From positions 1 through 49,460 of the forward strand of contig JAHJGY010000022.1 in the NCBI GenBank assembly GCA_018824115.1: DNA of 49,460 nt, read 5' to 3'. The position numbers were made by a program, and so were the translations under genes. The notes beneath the pieces were generated by a model. The model made no database searches, was not told the origin of the DNA, and saw nothing but the letters and a program-made list of their open reading frames with translations. This document shows, in pieces, positions 38,252 through 45,319 of this stretch (positions within the stretch are counted from its first letter, which is position 1; each line of letters begins with the position of its first letter). This DNA comes from Patescibacteria group bacterium (GTDB lineage: Bacteria > Patescibacteriota > 4484-211).

Positions 38252-40336
38252 TCATCTCCGCACCTTCCCCTGAAACTCCGATTCTATCATGTGGTAGATT
38301 TTCTCGACAACCTTAGATACTTCTTGGTGAGAAAGGGAACCAAAGGGAGATTGGAAAGTAAGATGTAAAGAGATAGACTTCTCGTTTTCATTCATTTTCT
38401 TCTCGTCGGTAAAAACATCAAAAATCTCAACCAGTTGTAGCAATTTACCACCAGCTTGCTGGGTACTTTCAGTCAAGAAGCCAAGGTTGACATTTTTGTT
38501 AATAATCATCGATAGGTCTTGCTTGACTTCGGGGTGAGAATAAACAGGGTGATAAGTAGGTTTTTCCGCTGGTTGGTTATAGATCATATCGAGATTTATT
38601 TCAGCTACAACCAAGCTGGAGTCCGAGAGTGTAAAATTTTCTTTAATTGTGGAGGAGACCAGGCCCAAGTGCCCTAGTTTTTGTTTTTGGCCATTAGTTA
38701 TCTCTACTTGGAAAGATTTGTCTAGTGACCTAATTGTGGTTGTAGGATTAAAATAGAAATCAATATTCCCTAGATATGACAGTAGTTGCTCAGTCTTTCC
38801 TTTTAGAGAGAAATAAGCAGGCAATGGACTGAGTTTTTTGGTGTTTGTTTCCACTAATGCTAAATGTTCGGTCTCGGTGGGTAGTTCTCCCTTATCCCCT
38901 GCTTTAATGTGTTTACCAATTTCAAATAATTGGAATTGATCAAAACGCTTCCTGTTCTCGGCGCAAATTTCTAACAATCCTGGAAGGAGGCTTTGTCTAA
39001 TGTGGGTATGCTCAGCCGATAGCGGATTTTTTAATTTAATATTGTCGGTGATTGATTTCTCATACTTGCGAACAGTCTCTTCGTTTGTGAATGAGTAATT
39101 ATAAATTTCATTAAAGCCCAAGCTTTGCAGGAATTGTTTGATCCTCCTGCGCAATTCGACATTTTTGTTAAGTGGAGTTGGAGTGAGATCTCTTGCCGGT
39201 AACGTAGGTTGAATTTTGTTGTAACCGTATAGCCGCGCAAGTTCTTCTAGTAGATCCTCTTCAATATTGAGGTCGGATCTAAAAGTGGGGACAGTAACTT
39301 TGTAGTAGCGGAATTTATTCCGCGATTTTTCTTTGGGAACTTCAACTTTTAGCTGCAACGATTCCAGCAATTCTTTGGATCTTACGGGTGTTAGGTTAAT
39401 CCCTAAGAATGTGTCTACACGGTCGGGGTTGAGCTTTATAACTTTATCTTTTCGTGTCTTAGGATAGACATCAGTGATTGAGGAGACGATTGTTGTGTTA
39501 GCGTGTCGTTTCAATAGGTCGACGGCTTGGTTAAAGCCAATCGAGGCTAAGTTCGGGTCTTGATTTTTTTCAAAACGTGTAGAAGCATCGGTTCGCAATC
39601 CTAGTTGATTTGAAGTCTTGCGGATAGAGTACATTTCAAAGTTGGCCGCTTCGAGAACAATCTCAGTAGTCCTATCCGTGATCTCGGTTTCCTTTCCACC
39701 CATGACACCGGCGATAGCAATGGGTTTTTTACTATCGGCGATGACCATCATTGATTCGTCAAGTACCCGAAGTTTGCCGTCAATAGTGGTGATAGTCTCC
39801 TGTGTAGTTGTTTGCCTGATGATAACTTTTAACTTTTCATTTTTCATTTTTAACTTGAGTGCGTCAAACGCATGCAACGGCTGTCCGTATTTCAGCATGA
39901 TATAGTTGGTGATATCAACGACATTATTTACGGGTCTAAGGCCCATTGATTCAATGAATTGTATCAACCAGTTTGGAGATTGGGTTATTTCTACGGAGAG
40001 AACAGCTCCAATATAACGAACACAAGATGGAGTACGAAGACTGATTTCTAGGCCTAATTTAGGGATGATCCCTATTTTAGGGACCATCCCTATTTTAGGG
40101 ATCATCCCTATTTTAAGCTGGTAGTAAGCGGCGAGATCGCGAGCAATACCCCAATGAGAAAAACAGTCGGGACGGTTGGTTAAAGACTTGTTCTCTATCT
40201 CTAGGATATGATCATCACCTAACCGGTTTACCGATTCAACTTCGGCTAGCTTGAGGCTAAGTTGTTCAGCTATTTCTTGAGGGCTTTTATTTAAATCTGG
40301 AAGGAAATCTTTGAGTAGGTTATATGAAATTTTCAT
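38252..40336 (-). CDS. pheT: phenylalanine--tRNA ligase beta subunit
   Basis: MKISYNLLKDFL N-terminus, B3/4 region (QPLHAFDALKL...IAGVMGG), and B5 region (DRVDTFLGINL). Located directly downstream of pheS. Confidence 0.95.
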   Translation of the reverse strand: MKISYNLLKDFLPDLNKSPQEIAEQLSLKLAEVESVNRLGDDHILEIENKSLTNRPDCFSHWGIARDLAAYYQLKIGMIPKIGMVPKIGIIPKLGLEISLRTPSCVRYIGAVLSVEITQSPNWLIQFIESMGLRPVNNVVDITNYIMLKYGQPLHAFDALKLKMKNEKLKVIIRQTTTQETITTIDGKLRVLDESMMVIADSKKPIAIAGVMGGKETEITDRTTEIVLEAANFEMYSIRKTSNQLGLRTDASTRFEKNQDPNLASIGFNQAVDLLKRHANTTIVSSITDVYPKTRKDKVIKLNPDRVDTFLGINLTPVRSKELLESLQLKVEVPKEKSRNKFRYYKVTVPTFRSDLNIEEDLLEELARLYGYNKIQPTLPARDLTPTPLNKNVELRRRIKQFLQSLGFNEIYNYSFTNEETVRKYEKSITDNIKLKNPLSAEHTHIRQSLLPGLLEICAENRKRFDQFQLFEIGKHIKAGDKGELPTETEHLALVETNTKKLSPLPAYFSLKGKTEQLLSYLGNIDFYFNPTTTIRSLDKSFQVEITNGQKQKLGHLGLVSSTIKENFTLSDSSLVVAEINLDMIYNQPAEKPTYHPVYSHPEVKQDLSMIINKNVNLGFLTESTQQAGGKLLQLVEIFDVFTDEKKMNENEKSISLHLTFQSPFGSLSHQEVSKVVEKIYHMIESEFQGKVRR
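40058..40111. repeat. 3 x 18-nt in-frame tandem repeat inside pheT; each unit is a 7-bp-arm palindrome (TAGGGAT-N-ATCCCTA)
   Basis: tttagggatgatccctat / tttagggaccatccctat / tttagggatcatccctat. On the - strand this encodes KIGMIP-KIGMVP-KIGIIP. Confidence 0.9.
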
Positions 40337-40354
40337 AGGATAAAAGGTATGGCT

Positions 40355-41407
40355 CTAAAATTGCTGTATAAATCTTAAATCTCCACGATTAAAATGACGG
40401 ATATCTTCGATACCGTATTTCATCATTACTAAGCGGTCTAGACCGAATCCCCAGGCAAACCCAGAATATTTTTGTGAATCAAGTCCGGCTTCCGCGAGAA
40501 CATTGGGATGAATCATCCCGGCGCCAGCGAGTTCAATCCAGCCGTTGCCGCCGCAGGTAGAGCACCGGTCCTTGTTAATTATGCCTGTTCCTTGACAGAG
40601 ACTGCAGTCGAGCAAAAATTCAATTCCTGGTTCAACGAAAGGGAAATGGCTGGGTTGGGTTTTAATTTTCACATCGCGTTGATAGAATTCATCAAGGAAT
40701 TTTTTAAAGGTACCGATGAGATCGCTCAATTTAATGTTTTTATCTACATAGAGGCCTTCAATCTGGTGTAGGGTGTGTTCGTGTCTAGCGTCTAGCGCCT
40801 CGTTACGGAAGCAGCGTCCAACGATGATTGCCCTAATTGGGATCGATTTGGAGGTAAGAATTCTAATTTGCATGTTTGAAGTATGGGTGATACAGACAAG
40901 CCCGTTTTCTGTCCAGAAAGTATCCCATAAATCTCGTGCCGGGTGCTGAGGGGGCATGTTTAGAGATTCGAAGTTGTGATAATCATCGTCAACCTCACGG
41001 GTTTCGTGAACCTCAAAGCCCATTCTGATGAAGATATCTTCGGCATACTGCCGCATTTGAGTTATTGGATGAAGATGTCCTAGGGGGACACGTTTCCCTG
41101 GTGCGGTGAGGTCAAAAAATGTGCCAGGTGGAACTGAGTGAGAGCTTGGCGTTCTGGTAGCTAATTCCTGTTTCCGTTTTTGTGCTGCAATCGATAATTC
41201 TTGCTTTAAGTCGTTAATAAGCGTACCAATAATCGGTCGTTCAACGGAGTTAAGTTCGCAGACTTGTTTTGTGATATTGACAACTTCTCCCTTTTTCCCT
41301 AGGTATTTTTTCTCCCAGTTAGATAGAGAAAGCAAATCATCAACTCTTTCTAAAACTTGGAAAGCGTTGGATTTAACTACGTTGATAGTTTCTTTGTTAA
41401 GAGGCAT
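40355..41407 (-). CDS. pheS: phenylalanine--tRNA ligase alpha subunit
   Basis: PPQHPARDLWDTF, RCFRNEALDARHEHTLHQIEG (motif 2 region), FPFVEPG and GFAWGFGLDRLVMM (motif 3). Confidence 0.95.
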   Translation of the reverse strand: MPLNKETINVVKSNAFQVLERVDDLLSLSNWEKKYLGKKGEVVNITKQVCELNSVERPIIGTLINDLKQELSIAAQKRKQELATRTPSSHSVPPGTFFDLTAPGKRVPLGHLHPITQMRQYAEDIFIRMGFEVHETREVDDDYHNFESLNMPPQHPARDLWDTFWTENGLVCITHTSNMQIRILTSKSIPIRAIIVGRCFRNEALDARHEHTLHQIEGLYVDKNIKLSDLIGTFKKFLDEFYQRDVKIKTQPSHFPFVEPGIEFLLDCSLCQGTGIINKDRCSTCGGNGWIELAGAGMIHPNVLAEAGLDSQKYSGFAWGFGLDRLVMMKYGIEDIRHFNRGDLRFIQQF

Positions 41408-41425
41408 TTCTTGGTCAAGTGATCC

Positions 41426-41635
41426 TTAAACTCTAAAAAACCAGGTTAGGAACTTCCTGAATAGTGGAACGACAAGAATGTAGAAGAGAGCGATACTAAG
41501 GCTAGTGAAGAGGTATTTTGGCTGGAAGAGTTTGATGAAGACAGTAATAATATCTGGCTTGGCTTTATACTCGTAATATCCGAATACTATTTGAATTGCT
41601 GCGAAGATTATTAAAGCTTGTTGAATTGAAGTCAT
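41426..41635 (-). CDS. small two-TM membrane protein, hypothetical
   Basis: 69-aa ORF packed between rplT (2-nt gap) and pheS (18-nt gap), with two hydrophobic helices. No family recognised. Confidence 0.5.
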   Translation of the reverse strand: MTSIQQALIIFAAIQIVFGYYEYKAKPDIITVFIKLFQPKYLFTSLSIALFYILVVPLFRKFLTWFFRV

Positions 41636-41637
41636 TG

Positions 41638-41994
41638 CTACACTTGCGTTTTTAGGACCTCGCTAATTATCTTACTAAATGTTTTAGGGTCATGTAAAGC
41701 GATTCGGCTCAATATTAGGCGGTTAAGCTGGATATCCTTACTTTTAAGCTTGTTAATGAAATTACTGTAAGAAATTCCGTTTTCCTTAAGCGCCGCATTA
41801 AGGCGAGTGATCCATAAACGGCGTAAGTCTCGTTTTCTGGTTCGGCGATCACGGTATGCGTGATGCAGGGCGTGCATTAGTCCCTCCTTCGCTCCCTTAA
41901 GAGTATGGCCACGATGACTACGGAATCCTTTCGCCAGCTTTCTTATTTTGTTGTGTCGTCGCCGGCGTTTCACGCCAGTTTTAGTTCTTGGCAC
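41638..41994 (-). CDS. rplT: 50S ribosomal protein L20
   Basis: GTG start. MPRTKTGVKRRRRHNKIRKLAKGF... is a classical L20 N-terminus. Confidence 0.95.
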   Translation of the reverse strand: MPRTKTGVKRRRRHNKIRKLAKGFRSHRGHTLKGAKEGLMHALHHAYRDRRTRKRDLRRLWITRLNAALKENGISYSNFINKLKSKDIQLNRLILSRIALHDPKTFSKIISEVLKTQV

Positions 41995-42086
41995 GATATA
42001 TAGCTAGTTAGCTTATTAGCTACATTAGCTAGTTAGAAAAAGAGTCTTCTCCTAAGAAGCTAAAAGCTAATGAAGCTAGTGAAGCT
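41995..42086 (-). repeat. rpmI-rplT spacer filled with short TAGCT-based repeats able to fold into a long imperfect hairpin
   Basis: The + strand reads tagctagttagcttattagctacattagctagttag (42001-42036) and gaagctaaaagctaatgaagctagtgaagct (42057-42085). On the - strand a UAGCUU-rich half faces an AAGCUA/UAGCUAA-rich half. Confidence 0.6.
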
Positions 42087-42287
42087 CTACTTATACGGAA
42101 GTAAACTTTCTACCCGTTTCCTATCCGCTTTGCTTACTTCGGTTAATTTCCTCTTTTGTCGTTTAGCTTTACTGCTTTGCTTTGTTTTAAGATGCGACGA
42201 ACGGACATGGCCACGGAGGTACTTACCCTTCCCACCATTAGTTGTTTTTATTCTTTTTTTCAATCCCTTATGTGTTTTTAGTTTCAT
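42087..42287 (-). CDS. rpmI: 50S ribosomal protein L35
   Basis: MKLKTHKGLKKRIKTTNGGK..., between infC and rplT. Confidence 0.95.
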   Translation of the reverse strand: MKLKTHKGLKKRIKTTNGGKGKYLRGHVRSSHLKTKQSSKAKRQKRKLTEVSKADRKRVESLLPYK

Positions 42288-42290
42288 CAG

Positions 42291-42791
42291 TTATTTAGGT
42301 TTAACGATGACCATTAGCCTCTTGCCTTCGTACCATGGTTCTTTTTCAATATCAACCAAATCAGCTAGTTGTTCAAGTATTAAGTTTAGTTTCTCCTCGC
42401 CGACTTCCTTATGGGTTATTTGTCTACCCATAAATTGAATAATGAACTTTACCACATTCCCATTTTCGAGAAACCCACGAGCGCGCTTAATTCTAATTTC
42501 AAGGTCATGAAGGGCGATATTAGGTTTAAATCGCAGCTTTTTTAATTCCCTACTTTTTCCTTTTTTCCGGGTAGTCTGTTGTTTCTTTCGTTCCTCGTAG
42601 AGAAATTTTCTGAAATCGGTGATTTTTGCTACCGGAGGATCCGCTTTTTGGTTAACAATGACTAAATCCAAGTTTTGTTCTTTAGCCTTTTCTAAAGCTT
42701 TTTCCCGTGGCAAGATACCTAGGCCTTTTCCATCGTCCGAGACTACGAATAACTGCTCTGCCCTAATGTTTAAGTTAACAGGAAAAAACAA
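42291..42791 (-). CDS. infC: translation initiation factor IF-3
   Basis: NIRAEQLFVVSDDGKGLGILPREKALEKAKEQNLDLVIV N-domain and a C-domain up to KRLMVIVKPK. The track start is TTG 42791. The frame stays open upstream through two ATT codons (42818-42816, 42821-42819), so a non-canonical ATT start is possible. Confidence 0.9.
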   Translation of the reverse strand: MFFPVNLNIRAEQLFVVSDDGKGLGILPREKALEKAKEQNLDLVIVNQKADPPVAKITDFRKFLYEERKKQQTTRKKGKSRELKKLRFKPNIALHDLEIRIKRARGFLENGNVVKFIIQFMGRQITHKEVGEEKLNLILEQLADLVDIEKEPWYEGKRLMVIVKPK

Positions 42792-42879
42792 CCGTTTTTG
42801 CCTTTTTGCGCCTTGAATAATACACGAATAATAGCAGAAACAGGTAGAGGAATCAAGGTTTAAGAGTTAAGACCTAAGC

Positions 42880-44700
42880 TTACAGTTTCAGTGACTTGCT
42901 TTCTATTCCTTTCTTCACGTGGCCGATAAGTTCCCTAAGCGTTTGTTCTCCCAAATTCTCTCCCGATCGTAAACGGACACATACGGTGTTATTTTCGGTT
43001 TCTTTATTACCGACGATGAGCATATACGGCACTTTTTCTAGTTGGGCGTTGCGGATTTTAGCTTGCATGGTCTCGTCTCGTGAGTCAGTTTCGCAGCGGA
43101 TATTGTTTTCTTTAAGCTCTTGATAGATCTGTTTGGCATAATCGTTCTGTTCCTTAGAGATTGGAATTACTTTGATTTGTACCGGAGAGAGCCAGGGAGG
43201 GAATGCACCGTCGAAATGTTCAATTAATAAAGCCAGAAGTCTTTCGTAGGAGCCCAGTACCGCTCGGTGTACCATAACTGGAGGTATTTGTTCTCCATTC
43301 TCATCTATGTAGAAAAGACCGAATCTCTTGGGTGATGCAAAGTCGACTTGAACGGTAGGGATTTGTATTTCATTACCCAATGTGTCTTTAAACATAAAAT
43401 CAAGTTTTGGGCCGTAAAGTGCGGCTTCACCCTCCATTTTTTTAGCGTCAAGTTTCATTTCTTTCGACACCTCTTCTAGCATATTCTCACATTTATCCCA
43501 GTCTTCAGGTAAACCAATGTAATTTTCAGGATGGTCATAATCCCTCACAGACAGTGATACCCAGTGGTTTCCCCAGAGGCCAAGAACATTATAGAAATCC
43601 TTGATAATGTTGACCATTCCAATGACTTCGGCTTTTACTTGATCTACGCGGCAAAAGGAGTGTCCATCCTCTACATTGATAGCATAAACCCTGTTTAATC
43701 CCCCCACCTCACCAGATTTCTCGGCGCGGTATTGATGGTTAGATTCCATGTATCTTAAGGGTAGGTCGCGATAAGAACGTGTTTTTGAGGCATAGATTTG
43801 TGTTTGGTGAGGGCACTGGACTGGTTTCATAACGAATTGATGGCCCCTTGGCGAGGAAACTTGAAACAACTCTTCATTAAATTTATTGGCGTGACCGGAA
43901 AGTTCGTACAGCTCCGCTTTCGCGATATGAGGGGTAATTACTTTTTCAAACCCGTACTTGCGGCATACAGACTCGATGTGTTTTTGTAGTTCCTCAATGA
44001 TAATTGTTCCTTTTGGAGTGTAAAGTGGAAGTCCGGGTCCGACTAGCTCTGAGAAGCAAAACAGATCTAATTGTTTTCCCAATTTCCGGTGGTCTCGCTT
44101 TTTGGCTTCTTCTCTGAGTTCAAGATATTCTTTTAGTTTTTTCCTGGAGTCGAATGCTGTCCCGTAGATTCGGGTTAGCATCTTATTATTTTCATCTCCG
44201 CGCCAATAGGCACCAGCAATAGATAGAAGTTTAAAGGCTTTAATTTTACCGGTAGACTTAATGTGCGGACCAGCGCACAAATCGACAAATGGTTCGACTG
44301 GCTTACCACTAGCTTCTTCAACGGGCTCCGGACAAGATTTATCAGAAGGTATTGAACCGGTCCAATAAATGGTGGCGGTGTCCGATTCTTGAGAAATATC
44401 ATCCAGCCATTCCTGTTTATACGGGTTGTCTTTAAAGAGTTGACGCGCTTCTTTGATGCTGACCCCCTCTTTATTCAGAGGCAGGTCAGTATCGACAATT
44501 TTCTGCATCTCTGCTTCAATTTTAGGGAAATCGGTTTCATAAATCTTGTGTTCTCCTGGGTCGAAATCGAAGTAGAATCCGTCCTTTGTTGCTGGACCCA
44601 TGGCCGCTTGAATCTCTGGATATAGTTTATACATGGCCTGAGTAAGGACATGTTCAGTGGTGTGTCTTAAAGCATGGAGATGGTCGTTTGATTCGGACAT
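42880..44700 (-). CDS. thrS: threonine--tRNA ligase (no N-terminal TGS domain)
   Basis: It begins at the editing/SAD region (LRHTTEHVLTQAMYKLYP). Class II core LPLRYMESNHQYRAEKSGEVGGLNRV and a C-terminal anticodon-binding domain. Confidence 0.95.
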   Translation of the reverse strand: MSESNDHLHALRHTTEHVLTQAMYKLYPEIQAAMGPATKDGFYFDFDPGEHKIYETDFPKIEAEMQKIVDTDLPLNKEGVSIKEARQLFKDNPYKQEWLDDISQESDTATIYWTGSIPSDKSCPEPVEEASGKPVEPFVDLCAGPHIKSTGKIKAFKLLSIAGAYWRGDENNKMLTRIYGTAFDSRKKLKEYLELREEAKKRDHRKLGKQLDLFCFSELVGPGLPLYTPKGTIIIEELQKHIESVCRKYGFEKVITPHIAKAELYELSGHANKFNEELFQVSSPRGHQFVMKPVQCPHQTQIYASKTRSYRDLPLRYMESNHQYRAEKSGEVGGLNRVYAINVEDGHSFCRVDQVKAEVIGMVNIIKDFYNVLGLWGNHWVSLSVRDYDHPENYIGLPEDWDKCENMLEEVSKEMKLDAKKMEGEAALYGPKLDFMFKDTLGNEIQIPTVQVDFASPKRFGLFYIDENGEQIPPVMVHRAVLGSYERLLALLIEHFDGAFPPWLSPVQIKVIPISKEQNDYAKQIYQELKENNIRCETDSRDETMQAKIRNAQLEKVPYMLIVGNKETENNTVCVRLRSGENLGEQTLRELIGHVKKGIESKSLKL

Positions 44701-44720
44701 AGTTCCTAAATTAAACAGAA

Positions 44721-44916
44721 AGGTCGCTATAACTCATAGGATCCCGGTTTCGGGCCGGGAGGTTCCATCCTATTTGTCTTGCGACCTCTTAATTAATATA
44801 TCGTTCGTGATACTGTCGTTACAGCGTGTATTTGAGTGGTATTTAGAGGCTCAGCTCGAATTTCTCAACTTCAGCATTCGTCTCTGTAAACTGAGATTCT
44901 CCTACGCTCTCAAACT
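44721..44916 (-). promoter_or_regulatory. T-box leader (tRNA-sensing riboswitch), Thr specifier ACC, upstream of thrS
   Basis: Read on the - strand. The Stem I base GUUUGAG (44915-44909) pairs with CUCAAAU (44836-44830). There is an AG-bulge ACAGAGA and a distal loop GUUGAGA. The specifier loop AAAU-ACC-A has ACC at 44840-44838. The antiterminator is AUAGGA-[UGGAACC]-UCCCGG-CCCGAAA-CCGGGA-UCCUAU (44773-44736), with the 7-nt UGGNACC bulge of the T-box consensus. Confidence 0.7.
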
Positions 44917-44959
44917 GTAAGATTCTATTAAGTCCATTATAACTCTGGTGTCAATCAAT

Positions 44960-45226
44960 TTACGGTATCTGACTAGTTCCTTCGCGCGCGATACGTGAGA
45001 CAACTTGAATTAACTTGCCCAGCACGGGGATATCACCGTAGGTGCCAATAAGAAAACCGAGGAGTCCAATTAATACAGTGGCACCAATTACTGTACCAAA
45101 ACCCCAGGCTAAACCGCCGATAAAATTGTTTCTAACAATAATACTAACAGGTATCTTTGTCCGTATTTCCGCTAATTCTTCGTAAAAGGGGTGTAAATTT
45201 TGTGATTGTTCTTTTCTTGGAGGCAT
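44960..45226 (-). CDS. small membrane protein, hypothetical
   Basis: 88-aa ORF with two Gly-rich TM helices (FIGGLAWGFGTVIGATVLIGLLGFLIG), downstream of tRNA-Val. Confidence 0.55.
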   Translation of the reverse strand: MPPRKEQSQNLHPFYEELAEIRTKIPVSIIVRNNFIGGLAWGFGTVIGATVLIGLLGFLIGTYGDIPVLGKLIQVVSRIAREGTSQIP

Positions 45227-45239
45227 ATTGCTTTGACAG

Positions 45240-45316
45240 TGGTGGGTGGTAGAGGACTCGAACCTCCGACCTCCACGATGTCAACGTGACGCTCTAACCA
45301 GCTGAGCTAACCACCC
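45240..45316 (-). tRNA. tRNA-Val (anticodon GAC), CCA encoded
   Basis: The reverse complement is GGGTGGTTAGCTCAGCTGGTTAGAGCGTCACGTTGACATCGTGGAGGTCGGAGGTTCGAGTCCTCTACCACCCACCA. It folds by hand into a 7-bp acceptor stem, GCTC/GAGC D stem, TCACG/CGTGG anticodon stem with loop TTGACAT, GGAGG/CCTCT T stem with TTCGAGT loop, and A73-CCA. Confidence 0.95.
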
Positions 45317-45319
45317 GAG

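Noticed and set aside
40058-40111. CRISPR-like array
   Set aside because: The period is 18 nt with no spacers, there are only three units, the repeat is in-frame inside pheT, and no cas genes lie in the window.
40538-40606. CxxCxGxG...CxxCGGxGW zinc-knuckle-like segment in PheS as a novel insertion
   Set aside because: As far as I recall, a Cys-rich knuckle at this position, just before the GAGM(I/V)HPNVL motif, occurs in many bacterial PheS proteins. I treat it as ordinary.
42070-42438. 122-aa + strand ORF
   Set aside because: It lies antisense to rpmI and the 3' end of infC, both of which have unmistakable ribosomal/IF-3 sequences.
44721-44787. Long stem-loop first read as a rho-independent terminator for the upstream membrane-protein/tRNA-Val transcript
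   Set aside because: Its internal architecture is that of a T-box antiterminator: a 6-bp helix, the 7-nt UGGAACC bulge, a 6-bp helix and a 7-nt loop. A Stem I with an ACC specifier lies upstream. A secondary terminator role cannot be excluded.
44657-44920. 87-aa + strand ORF in the thrS upstream region
   Set aside because: It overlaps the thrS start and the T-box leader on the opposite strand. It has no recognisable protein features.
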